A stretch of 62,035 nucleotides of DNA from a virus. Its lineage: Duplodnaviria; Caudoviricetes. Each line of letters opens with the position of its first letter. Position 1 is the stretch's first letter. The position numbers and the translations under genes were made by a program. This document shows, piece after piece, positions 9,802 through 18,186 of the stretch. The stretch is from positions 1 through 62,035 of the IMG/VR virus record IMGVR_UViG_3300032462_000004; one strand, written 5' to 3'. The notes beneath the pieces were generated by a model. That model worked only from the letters and a program-made list of their open reading frames with translations. It was not told where the DNA came from and searched no databases.

Positions 9802-10019
9802 ACACTGTATCCGTCCTGTGTTTCTAGATGACTTACATCTCTCTTTATGTCGATAAGCGATCGTATCATGAGGTCTATCTCAGTTACCAGGTCCTCATGA
9901 ATTACCATCGGAGGGTCTATTATCTTATTGCGATTTCTTACCTGATTTTTTATATCATTTATTTTACATTTGAGGATATAGAATTCTCTTTCTATATATT
10001 GATCGAAGTTAGCTGACAT
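9789..10019 (-). CDS. Hypothetical protein
   Basis: 76-aa ORF coupled to neighbours. Confidence 0.55.
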   Translation of the reverse strand: MSANFDQYIEREFYILKCKINDIKNQVRNRNKIIDPPMVIHEDLVTEIDLMIRSLIDIKRDVSHLETQDGYSVWKR

Positions 10020-10372
10020 TATGAATCGAAGACAGTTTTTAATCTAACTGTTCCAAATTTGTCAGTGTACAATTCTGGTTCAGTGGCCTTTTCTGGCCTA
10101 TCAGCTTTGTACATACTATCTAGTTGCGATAGTTCTTTTTCATATTTCTTTCTAACATAACCCTCGAACTGTTTGTAATCGGTCATCCCGCTACGTGAGC
10201 CTGTCAGCATCTTTTCATTAAGGTAATCCGCAATAGCTGTCGACATTGTGTGATGTCTATTTCGGAGTTGGTTAACAAACTCCACAGTCTCGGAAACTTC
10301 CCAGTGATCTTTCGTGCCTCTCTTAAGGCTGTGCTTGTGAGATAATACGATGAATACTTTTTCTTTTGCCAT
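10019..10372 (-). CDS. Hypothetical protein
   Basis: 117-aa ORF with SD in operon. Confidence 0.65.
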   Translation of the reverse strand: MAKEKVFIVLSHKHSLKRGTKDHWEVSETVEFVNQLRNRHHTMSTAIADYLNEKMLTGSRSGMTDYKQFEGYVRKKYEKELSQLDSMYKADRPEKATEPELYTDKFGTVRLKTVFDS

Positions 10373-10382
10373 TTTATTCCCT

Positions 10383-11321
10383 TTACATTACCCCACGTGC
10401 AATCATTTCTAACTCTATAAATGTTGCTGCTAAATTTAGCTCTACGTCAGCACACATTGTATGCTTTACCAATCCGTCCCGAATAGTTAAAATACATTTA
10501 TTCTGGATATCACTATCCTCACCCCACACTTCGATGTTTTCATACATGAATGTATAGATGTCCTCATATTCGTCCTTGTTAGCCTGAGCACAAACAAGCT
10601 GTCTTGCTTCCTTATATTTCTGAGATCTAAATAATGCAATCATATCCAACTTATAATCTGCAACTTGCTCACTGTCCTCATCGGGCGATACTAATTTTCC
10701 ATCCATCGAATTTGCTTGCAACATACTAATCCCGCGACGCAAGTCTGGATATGTTTTCTCTGTTATAGCACCTAATGCATCAAAATTAATTTCCACATTT
10801 TCTGCGGTGAGGATAGCAATGAGTCTCATGTCAAACTCATCCTTATCCAAATTCTGGATATGCATTCTGCCGGTTTCACATCTGGACTTAATTGCAGGGA
10901 TAATCTTATTTGGGTAATTGCAGGTAAGCAGGCATCTTACCGAACTTGCATACTTCTCCATCGTGCCACGCAATACACCCTGGGCTGGTGCGGATAGTCC
11001 GTCTGCCTCATCTAGGAAAATATATTTCATTTCTCCATAGCCCATTGTCTCGGAAAAACGTGTAATAGTTTCACGAATGAAATCTATGCCATTATCTTTG
11101 GATGCATTGACTTCTAATACATCAAACGGATCAATCTTTAATTCGCCTAGTAAGGCTTTAATAAGAGTGGATTTGCCAGTTCCTGGGGAACCAGACAGAA
11201 GCATGTGCGGTAATGCCCCTGATTTAATCCATTTTTCTATTTGCGTTCTCTGTTTTTGATCTTTGAAAACGTAACCATCAATTTCGGCGGGTCGCCATTT
11301 TTCTGTCCAAAGTTCTTTCAC
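10383..11321 (-). CDS. Clamp loader ATPase subunit (RFC / T4 gp44-like)
   Basis: LWTEKWRP, GSPGTGKS, NAS..GID, LDEAD, SRC motifs. Confidence 0.9.
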   Translation of the reverse strand: MKELWTEKWRPAEIDGYVFKDQKQRTQIEKWIKSGALPHMLLSGSPGTGKSTLIKALLGELKIDPFDVLEVNASKDNGIDFIRETITRFSETMGYGEMKYIFLDEADGLSAPAQGVLRGTMEKYASSVRCLLTCNYPNKIIPAIKSRCETGRMHIQNLDKDEFDMRLIAILTAENVEINFDALGAITEKTYPDLRRGISMLQANSMDGKLVSPDEDSEQVADYKLDMIALFRSQKYKEARQLVCAQANKDEYEDIYTFMYENIEVWGEDSDIQNKCILTIRDGLVKHTMCADVELNLAATFIELEMIARGVM

Positions 11322-11346
11322 GTTATACTACCCTTTTGTTAAAAGT

Positions 11347-11376
11347 AGTATAACTTATTTCCTTATGGAATGTCAA
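11347..11376 (-). promoter_or_regulatory. Sigma70-type promoter for clamp loader
   Basis: TTGACA-18-TATACT; the -10 lies in one arm of a 10-bp inverted repeat. Confidence 0.65.
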
Positions 11377-11708
11377 GTAGATGTGAATTCAGAGAAGATC
11401 GCTGTTTCCGGATCTGTGTCAGAGACTAGGGAAACGGATTGTGGCCACTCGACGCCCCACATATTTACTTCTGTTCCATCATCTTCTTTAACTGTCATCA
11501 TGCGTGTCCAACGAACATTGTCGATTAAGATCCACTGTCCTTTCTTAACTTCGGTTACGTCAGGACCTGCCGAATATACCTTAGCCCAACGTGCTCGAAT
11601 TCCTTCGCTCTTTCCGTCGTCGTTGGGAATGATAATACCATTGACAACTCTGGAACCGCGTTCCAAATCTGTAACTAATACTTTACCTTTAAGTGCTCTG
11701 ATTTTCAT
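11373..11708 (-). CDS. groES: GroES-like co-chaperonin
   Basis: MKIRAL..KVLV....GIIIP.....A.V...GP....VKKG pattern. Confidence 0.8.
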   Translation of the reverse strand: MKIRALKGKVLVTDLERGSRVVNGIIIPNDDGKSEGIRARWAKVYSAGPDVTEVKKGQWILIDNVRWTRMMTVKEDDGTEVNMWGVEWPQSVSLVSDTDPETAIFSEFTST

Positions 11709-11741
11709 TTTTATCTCTCTCGTTGTGTGTAATGCTTATTT

Positions 11742-12080
11742 TCAATTGTCATTGTCATCTTCCATGATAATATCGCCAGATAGTAATTCCGTTTCTTTCT
11801 GCTTGTTAGCCTTAACCGGCTCCTTTGCTTTCTTCTTAGGAGTTTCGAAAGCATCTGGTGTTTTCGGCAGAGGACCCTTTAGCCCAGTTTTCACAATCGC
11901 AGTATGCGTTCTGTGATTTTCTCTTGCAATTTGGTCTGCTGTTTTGGTTACAATCCCGCTTCGAATTTGATCGCCCCTGGCATTTACTGGCATATTTCCG
12001 ACGGCAGGAACTTTTTCATTTTCCCTTCGCATGGAATCCATGTCGATTGTGAGACCTCTATATGTTACGTGGTTGCTCAT
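11742..12080 (-). CDS. Hypothetical phage protein
   Basis: 112-aa ORF with GAGG SD; AVGNM.VNARGD segment. Confidence 0.65.
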   Translation of the reverse strand: MSNHVTYRGLTIDMDSMRRENEKVPAVGNMPVNARGDQIRSGIVTKTADQIARENHRTHTAIVKTGLKGPLPKTPDAFETPKKKAKEPVKANKQKETELLSGDIIMEDDNDN

Positions 12081-12088
12081 CTTCCTCC

Positions 12089-12277
12089 TTAGGCTGCTTT
12101 AGCTTCTTTTCGTGAATTCTTTTCTGCAGTAATTTCATTTCTACGAGATTTAATCAACTTCGACATTTCTGCCAATGCTTTACGTGCTCGTGTACCAGCT
12201 GCCGAATTACCAGCTTGAAATTTTGCATCTTCTGCAAGAAATGTGTTGTATGTTTGTTCTAATTCTGTTGTTGTCAT
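12089..12277 (-). CDS. Histone H1-like (Hc1-type) small basic protein
   Basis: KF..GN.AAGTRARKAL.E..KL.K..R motif. Confidence 0.75.
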   Translation of the reverse strand: MTTTELEQTYNTFLAEDAKFQAGNSAAGTRARKALAEMSKLIKSRRNEITAEKNSRKEAKAA

Positions 12278-12285
12278 TTTATTCC

Positions 12286-12819
12286 CTATTTTAAATAATC
12301 TTTTATATCCAAATTGTACCGAAGTGAATCAACCCTATGTATTCCTATCAAATATAATATATATGACGAAACACTAGAACCCCTCCCTACACCCCATAGA
12401 AATTTATTCTTTCTCATGTAGTCAACAAGGTATATAAAGAGTCGAAGAAGCATTACTAGTTCTCTTTCTTCGAACATAGTAAATTCAACAGTAACCCTAT
12501 CTATCTCTTGCTGTGTCTTACATTTATCTAAGAGATACGTCTTAACGTCTAGTTGTTGATATATTATGGGGAATATCCACTCGTCCGCACGGTTTTCGTG
12601 GAATTTGTCAAAGTCTAAGACTTCCTCAGGCGCATCTAAAAAGGTAATTGTATCATGTAGCAATTCTGATTGATACTTTTCGAACAGTAATACATCTTCA
12701 TCGAAAATAACATTCAAATGACTTATGCTTTTGCCCTGTAAAATTAAGTCCCTTAATTTATCACTCGCAAGAATAGCTTGACCATATATATTTATTTTCA
12801 GACTTGTTTCGGTTTCCAT
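12286..12819 (-). CDS. Short DNA polymerase III alpha (DnaE)-like protein
   Basis: WGVGRGSSVSSYILYLIGIHRVDSLRYNL matches the DnaE GRGS..GS.V.Y.LGIT.VDP segment. Confidence 0.75.
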   Translation of the reverse strand: METETSLKINIYGQAILASDKLRDLILQGKSISHLNVIFDEDVLLFEKYQSELLHDTITFLDAPEEVLDFDKFHENRADEWIFPIIYQQLDVKTYLLDKCKTQQEIDRVTVEFTMFEERELVMLLRLFIYLVDYMRKNKFLWGVGRGSSVSSYILYLIGIHRVDSLRYNLDIKDYLK

Positions 12820-13505
12820 TTTTCCATTTTAATAATTTTTGCAGGTTCTTTAAGCATTGTAATATTGCTTGCTGAAATTTCTTCAATTATATTTTCAAAT
12901 TCGTCCATGGGATCGATAATAGAATCGAAAATCTCATTACTTTCTGCACCTTCGGGCTTTATAAACTCGAAGCAAAATCCATCATCGCGGAGCCACCATG
13001 GAACAATGTCCCTTGCAACTCCTTCCGGGTAATATTCTTTAATAGTATACGGCAACATATATTCGCTTCCAGCAGAATCGAAAGTATATTGCAAAGATGT
13101 ATCATTACCCTTTAAATGTGTTTCGCCGATAACAAGTTCTGTTCCAGCTAATGTAGATAGTTTATAGTGTATCAACTGTATTAGCAAGTCGTCGCCGGGG
13201 TTACCTGGGCAAAAGAGTGCAATATTCGAGGTTAGGTTAGCAAGATACAGATCATCTTCATTTTCTGCATCAACCATTACGGAATTATGCAAATTCGTGT
13301 CAAGCCAGAAATACAGTCTCTGGTACATCATACTTGCTTTATGTTCCGATTCTTCCCGGGGTCTGCCTTTTTTAACAGGTGCTATAATGTTAACTGTCAA
13401 GTTCCAATCTACGGGGGTAAGATTACTTTCCTGAATTCGTATTCCAGAAAAAGAGAATTCCAATGTCATGTAGCTTTTTATGACGTGACTTTTGTGCTTC
13501 ATCAT
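12798..13505 (-). CDS. Hypothetical phage protein
   Basis: 235-aa ORF with AGGAG SD. Confidence 0.7.
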   Translation of the reverse strand: MMKHKSHVIKSYMTLEFSFSGIRIQESNLTPVDWNLTVNIIAPVKKGRPREESEHKASMMYQRLYFWLDTNLHNSVMVDAENEDDLYLANLTSNIALFCPGNPGDDLLIQLIHYKLSTLAGTELVIGETHLKGNDTSLQYTFDSAGSEYMLPYTIKEYYPEGVARDIVPWWLRDDGFCFEFIKPEGAESNEIFDSIIDPMDEFENIIEEISASNITMLKEPAKIIKMEKWKPKQV

Positions 13506-13514
13506 AATAGCTCC

Positions 13515-13763
13515 TTAATTTTCTATTTTTCCCAATTCGATTGGTTTATTTGAATCTGGATATTTCTTGTCTACTTCGTCTGCCATTACTTTTTGCATCC
13601 TGGTTGATCGTTCTTCTTCCAAAGCTGTAATAACTTCTCGAATACTAACCACAGCAGGCATGTGTCCCACAGACTTTTGAAAATTCATAAAAGTGTAAGC
13701 TTTGCCTAATCGTTCGATAATTTCCTCATCTGATAATTTAGTAACATCTAAAAATGGGTGCAT
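13515..13763 (-). CDS. Hypothetical protein
   Basis: 82-aa ORF with GAGGAG SD and TATAAATA upstream. Confidence 0.65.
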   Translation of the reverse strand: MHPFLDVTKLSDEEIIERLGKAYTFMNFQKSVGHMPAVVSIREVITALEEERSTRMQKVMADEVDKKYPDSNKPIELGKIEN

Positions 13764-13830
13764 AAAAACTCCTCAACTATGTATTTATACCAATTTTTAG
13801 ATAATTTTCGTATTTGTTGGAAATTTTTTA

Positions 13831-14247
13831 TTATTCTTCAAGGAATTCGTGTATGGTAAATCTTACGTGTGTGGGCCACATCTTAACATCCCTTGCAGTT
13901 TCATCGATTGTAAGTCTGAACTGTAATACATCCATCTCGTCTGTAAAACAGAAATATCCTCTGTATCTAATTTCGATGTCGCTATCTCCGAATAATGCTG
14001 CTAGACTGATAAGTCTGTGATTACTATTCATTGATGCTTGTGGTGGAGCGTCAGCTGTTCTTTTTACAGATTCCATTTCCAGACGAGAATGGCCCCATGT
14101 TCCTTTTATCAGTTTATAGGTCTGCCTGGTAATACTGCTATATTTGTAATGTGCAGCGGTTTCTGTGATGTCGGCTGAAAATTGTACCCTGACCACAATC
14201 GGGTCTGGAAAAAATATCTCCGAATTAGTTCGTATGGCTCTTACCAT
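13831..14247 (-). CDS. Hypothetical protein (F-x3-D-x3-F family)
   Basis: FTDEMDVLQFRL motif. Confidence 0.6.
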   Translation of the reverse strand: MVRAIRTNSEIFFPDPIVVRVQFSADITETAAHYKYSSITRQTYKLIKGTWGHSRLEMESVKRTADAPPQASMNSNHRLISLAALFGDSDIEIRYRGYFCFTDEMDVLQFRLTIDETARDVKMWPTHVRFTIHEFLEE

Positions 14248-14489
14248 TACACATACTCGTGGTGCTTTCTATGGAAAGATGTTACGTCTTCTTTTTCGGA
14301 AAATCGAATAACAACATATTCTCCAAGATCCATTTCTGCGTACAGACCCTTGACAGCTTTAAGACTTTCCTGGAATTGATCCATCCTTCGGTAAAATGTT
14401 GCTGGATGCAACTTAACGGACATCCATTCAGCTGTGAATCTGTCCACGCTAGTCATATTCCCAATAATACAGTTACCTACTTGTTTCAT
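14247..14489 (-). CDS. Hypothetical protein (F-x3-D-x3-F family)
   Basis: FSEKEDVTSF motif. Confidence 0.6.
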   Translation of the reverse strand: MKQVGNCIIGNMTSVDRFTAEWMSVKLHPATFYRRMDQFQESLKAVKGLYAEMDLGEYVVIRFSEKEDVTSFHRKHHEYV

Positions 14490-14490
14490 A

Positions 14491-14735
14491 TCATTCCTTA
14501 TTGATTTTTAACCACTTATCGACTACAGATTGGAGAAGGGCGGCCAACGAATTAATAGACACAGTGTGATCCTTGCCGGAGACAGTCATTATCTGGAATG
14601 TCGTGTCGTCCCTGAGTTTGTCAACAGTTTGTAGTTCGTCGTCCGAATATCCAAAATTCATACTTTCGATAAACTTAAAATGGACTATGATACACCGTCT
14701 GCTATAAGGACATCATATGGGTAGCAATAGTTCAC
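14491..14735 (-). pseudogene. Small hypothetical gene, probably with a 1-nt frameshift (intact 56-aa ORF at 14491-14661)
   Basis: GTG overlapping upstream stop reads VNYCYPYDVLIADGV; another frame continues IIVHFKFIESMNFGYSDDE...KWLKINKE*. Confidence 0.4.
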
Positions 14736-15001
14736 AGAAGGCTGAGATACAAAGCATTTGATTCCTCAAAGTCTACTCTGTAAATATAAATATTTGGAGA
14801 TACGGTCTTGCCCTGCTTAAGGATTCGCAGAACTCGTCCTTCCATAGTCCATTTATCTTCTCCTTTGCCGACGTTCGTATTAAGCCAGTTCACAATTTTG
14901 TAAAAGTGTGGCTGATCACGGATAGTTACACGGAAGGTATGGCTTGCATTTTTCTCTTTCATGTTTACAGGTTGTTCGCCGGTAGTTTTTTGCTTAGTCA
15001 T
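14732..15001 (-). CDS. Hypothetical protein
   Basis: 89-aa ORF directly after consensus promoter. Confidence 0.65.
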   Translation of the reverse strand: MTKQKTTGEQPVNMKEKNASHTFRVTIRDQPHFYKIVNWLNTNVGKGEDKWTMEGRVLRILKQGKTVSPNIYIYRVDFEESNALYLSLL

Positions 15002-15032
15002 ATTACACTTTCTATATGTGAGTTGAGATTTA

Positions 15033-15061
15033 ATTATAAACTATAGCGTTAATTATGTCAA
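15033..15061 (-). promoter_or_regulatory. Consensus sigma70 (early) promoter
   Basis: TTGACA-17-TATAAT. Confidence 0.85.
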
Positions 15062-15067
15062 CTGGTG

Positions 15068-15256
15068 CTATATGAATTTGAAAGATCCGCACATTTTACA
15101 CTTGTAGGCAACTTCATCCGCGTATCCATTTATGTATGTCCAGCCCTTATTATGTGGGCACTCGTCCTTAAGGACGAGTATTGCTTGTTCCTCAATGGAC
15201 GGTGCTAAGTGTTCATATTCATATTTTTGCTTCGACGATTCTGACTCCAGCTTCAT
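15068..15256 (-). CDS. Small putative zinc-binding protein (start uncertain)
   Basis: CPH..GW.Y...YKCKMC; paralog of 16372-16554. Confidence 0.55.
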   Translation of the reverse strand: MKLESESSKQKYEYEHLAPSIEEQAILVLKDECPHNKGWTYINGYADEVAYKCKMCGSFKFI

Positions 15257-15674
15257 TTAACATCTCCATTGATACTATCATATCTTCTTTCCAACGCTCT
15301 GGCATTTTATCTGCTGCATATTCTGCATCCACAACTATGGTTGCAATATTACGTTGGATGATTGACTGGGCGCAGCTCGAGCATGGGAAGAATGTAACAA
15401 ACATTACACATCCGGATAAATCAGATCTGGATGCTAAGTCCATTGCATTGCGTTCTGCATGGGCGAACCATTTATATTTTAGTGGACGCTCTTGCCTTTC
15501 CGGCAGCGTATCATTTACGCCCATCGGCATACCATTAAATCCCCACGATATAGGCTTTCCATCCTCGGTAGTAATAACTGCACCTACTTTTGTAGATTCA
15601 TCCTTGGACCAACTTGCGACTTCCTTTGCCATGTTGAGCAATCTGCTTGCCCATTTATCATTAGTTATATCCAT
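15219..15674 (-). CDS. dCMP deaminase
   Basis: SKD.STKVGA, GFNG, HAE.NA, PC..C motifs. Confidence 0.9.
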   Translation of the reverse strand: MDITNDKWASRLLNMAKEVASWSKDESTKVGAVITTEDGKPISWGFNGMPMGVNDTLPERQERPLKYKWFAHAERNAMDLASRSDLSGCVMFVTFFPCSSCAQSIIQRNIATIVVDAEYAADKMPERWKEDMIVSMEMLNEAGVRIVEAKI

Positions 15675-15885
15675 ATTTTAATTCCCATATTAATCTCTCG
15701 GACTCGTCTATGAAATTAAATTCTGCACTCAGCCCTCCTTCTATCTCGTTGCAAATTACCGAATAGTCGCCGGGATATTTCTGTTTAATGTCTGCTTCCA
15801 CATTCCTAATAGTAAATTTATCAGCAGGTCCAAACATATGGCCCTCGAGAAGTCTCGAAATATTTGACATTATCTTGTTAAGCAT
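15661..15885 (-). CDS. Hypothetical protein (F-x3-D/E-x3-F/W family)
   Basis: FIDESERLIWELKY C-terminus. Confidence 0.55.
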   Translation of the reverse strand: MLNKIMSNISRLLEGHMFGPADKFTIRNVEADIKQKYPGDYSVICNEIEGGLSAEFNFIDESERLIWELKYGYN

Positions 15886-16169
15886 TCGATTGTAATGATT
15901 TGTGCTATTTCTTCGCCAAGGTCCTCCTCGTCAGTTACAATATATAACTTGGATTTATGCTGATCTTTTACGGGATCATATGAACTAAGTTGGATTACTT
16001 TTCCACCAATTGCACTAAAGACTGTAAAGTTTATTCCATTATTGAAATCTTTTATGGACATCCTTGTCACACTATTGCTGTACAATGATACCGACTCTTG
16101 TTCCTGTTTATTATCAGAATTATTTGCCCAGCGAATTATTCTTTTTACCACATTTCTTAATATCTTCAT
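15870..16169 (-). CDS. Hypothetical phage protein
   Basis: 99-aa ORF overlapping neighbours. Confidence 0.65.
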   Translation of the reverse strand: MKILRNVVKRIIRWANNSDNKQEQESVSLYSNSVTRMSIKDFNNGINFTVFSAIGGKVIQLSSYDPVKDQHKSKLYIVTDEEDLGEEIAQIITIECLTR

Positions 16170-16375
16170 TTAATATATCCTCCCCATTTTAATTTAAAAA
16201 TCAGTGCTGTATCTTCATGCTTGAATGCAAATACGTCTCCCGTACCGGATTCGTGAACTATCCAGTCACCATATTCTATGCCAGTTTGTTGCCGACACCA
16301 AATACACATTTTACTTGTCATGTCTGAATCCACTCTTATCGACACGGGCCAGTATTTTTTATTTAATACTCTCAT
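16166..16375 (-). CDS. Hypothetical protein (F-x3-D-x3-F family)
   Basis: WC...W...FAFKHEDTALIFKLKW. Confidence 0.65.
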   Translation of the reverse strand: MRVLNKKYWPVSIRVDSDMTSKMCIWCRQQTGIEYGDWIVHESGTGDVFAFKHEDTALIFKLKWGGYIK

Positions 16376-16554
16376 TTTTCTATAAGTTGAACCATATTGT
16401 GAGTTTCAATTTTATCACATACCTTACATTTGTACGTTATGGATGCGCCCTCACGAATAACATATGACCAACCACTCTCGTGACTGCAACCTTTTAGGAT
16501 AGTGATTATCCTTTCGGCCTCTTGTCTCTTATTCCTGCACTTAATCAGGGCCAT
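16372..16554 (-). CDS. Small putative zinc-binding protein
   Basis: CSH..GW.Y...YKCKVC. Confidence 0.55.
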   Translation of the reverse strand: MALIKCRNKRQEAERIITILKGCSHESGWSYVIREGASITYKCKVCDKIETHNMVQLIEK

Positions 16555-16766
16555 GTTAATTCGAATAAGGTTCCATCTTCTTCTCTGGAAAATCCTATCT
16601 CTAGATTATCCATATTATCCCTACAAATATCCCAATTCCAGGCTTTGCCCTGTTGACCTATATTCTCTTCGAGCCATAGTCGATAACGATCATTGGGTTC
16701 CTTGTCTGAGCCCTTTATCATAAATTCTCTATGAGCTATATGTGCATAAACTATGTTTGCCATCAT
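16545..16766 (-). CDS. Hypothetical protein (F-x3-D-x3-F family)
   Basis: WLEENIG.QG..W.W...FSREEDGTLFELTW. Confidence 0.65.
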   Translation of the reverse strand: MMANIVYAHIAHREFMIKGSDKEPNDRYRLWLEENIGQQGKAWNWDICRDNMDNLEIGFSREEDGTLFELTWP

Positions 16767-16814
16767 GAAGTGCCTTTATTATAAATCTGATATTAACGGG
16801 TGCATAGTTTTTCC

Positions 16815-17711
16815 TTAATTTCGAGTTCTAATAATAGTGTACTTGATTGTAAGTAACTTTCCTAGTAATTCTTTTTCATTATCTCTTGCAACACTTTCTG
16901 CAATGGTAGTAAGATTTGTTTTCCACGGATATGCTTTTTTATTCCCATCAGTGCTTGCCTCATCGATTGTGTAATGAAATGGTCCGTGGTATTCTAATAT
17001 TTCAACAACCTTAGATTTGTTACCCCTGTAACCTAGTTCAAACACTACTAAATCGTATAGTACCCATCTACCATTATGGTATATTCCCCATTCGTGTAAC
17101 TCGCTCTCTGCATCGGCGTATGCACATTGTTCTGTTAAATACCCGTTTTCATTGATATAATTTCTAATGTATAAGGTTGCCTCTCTACTTGAATTTGACT
17201 TAGTAAATCCTCCATTTGCAATTTTAGTAGCAACTATTTTAGCAGATATTTCCTTATTTTTTGACGGAACATCAACTCCATATCTTTTAATATTTGTGTT
17301 TCTTGTTCTTTCGCGAACTACTTTGGATTTATTAGGATTAGTTACTCCGTAATTTTTCAAACACGTAGCTTCTTTTTTCTGCTTAATTGCTTGGTCCTTT
17401 GACGGATTATCAACGCCGTATACTTCAATGAATTTAGCCTTAATCTTGTTTTTTATTTGGTCCGAAGAGGCTGGATTCTTCGTTCCGTATTTTTCCAGAT
17501 TTGTGTCTATTGCCTTGATCCTTCCGCATTTTGCACAACCTGATCCTCTTCTGTGGTCTCCGGCTCGCTGTTCGAATTCTCCGTGTGCTTTACATACTAT
17601 AGTAAGTTTATTATCGTTGCCACTATACTCGGATTTACTATAATCGTAACTCTGAGCATTATCTTTTCGAGTCAAGGCTAGTTTTTCTAAATATTGTGCG
17701 GTAGTAATCAT
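16815..17711 (-). CDS. Putative free-standing endonuclease (zinc-ribbon N-terminus, YGV repeats, PD-(D/E)xK-like C-terminus)
   Basis: YDYSK..Y......IVC..HGEF.Q...H..G.GC..C; T.L.KYGV.NP repeats; YD...ILEYHG.FH. Confidence 0.7.
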   Translation of the reverse strand: MITTAQYLEKLALTRKDNAQSYDYSKSEYSGNDNKLTIVCKAHGEFEQRAGDHRRGSGCAKCGRIKAIDTNLEKYGTKNPASSDQIKNKIKAKFIEVYGVDNPSKDQAIKQKKEATCLKNYGVTNPNKSKVVRERTRNTNIKRYGVDVPSKNKEISAKIVATKIANGGFTKSNSSREATLYIRNYINENGYLTEQCAYADAESELHEWGIYHNGRWVLYDLVVFELGYRGNKSKVVEILEYHGPFHYTIDEASTDGNKKAYPWKTNLTTIAESVARDNEKELLGKLLTIKYTIIRTRN

Positions 17712-17765
17712 AATAACACCTTTAATATATTATTTATCAATATATGTGACTTAGGTGTTATTATG
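17709..17765 (-). promoter_or_regulatory. Start-codon-sequestering hairpin with late promoter in the loop
   Basis: Perfect 13-bp IR CATAATAACACCT / AGGTGTTATTATG covering SD and ATG; GATAAATA at 17731-17738 between the arms. Confidence 0.8.
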
Positions 17766-17767
17766 TA

Positions 17768-18175
17768 TTATATGTCTCCTGCTTCTCTTTTCTCAGACCT
17801 CTCTACCGAAAACCCTCCAGGATACCTGGCAGACAGTTTACTGACATTTTCGTTAATAACATCATTCGGGTCTAAATCAAGCGCACGGCAAGCATTAATC
17901 CAGTAAAACATAACGTCTCCAAGCTCACGCTTCATATGGAAAATGTTATCAGCATTATATTCCTTGCCCTGAAACAAAATCTTCTTAACGATTTCATCGA
18001 ACTCGCCGCCCTCACTTGCTAAGCCGATACCAGCTGTGCTAAGTCTTGCAACCTGCATACCTTGTGCTGATAATTCGCGAATTCTTGCGATAAACAGCTC
18101 GTCATCTTTGCTGACTTGGCTTGTTACACCATCTACGAATTCTGCATACTTATTTAAGTCTAATTTCTTTGCCAT
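17768..18175 (-). CDS. MazG-like NTP pyrophosphohydrolase
   Basis: GLASEGGEF.E.VKK...ELGDV.FY....N..KL..RYP. Confidence 0.85.
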   Translation of the reverse strand: MAKKLDLNKYAEFVDGVTSQVSKDDELFIARIRELSAQGMQVARLSTAGIGLASEGGEFDEIVKKILFQGKEYNADNIFHMKRELGDVMFYWINACRALDLDPNDVINENVSKLSARYPGGFSVERSEKREAGDI

Positions 18176-18186
18176 TTTATTTCCTG

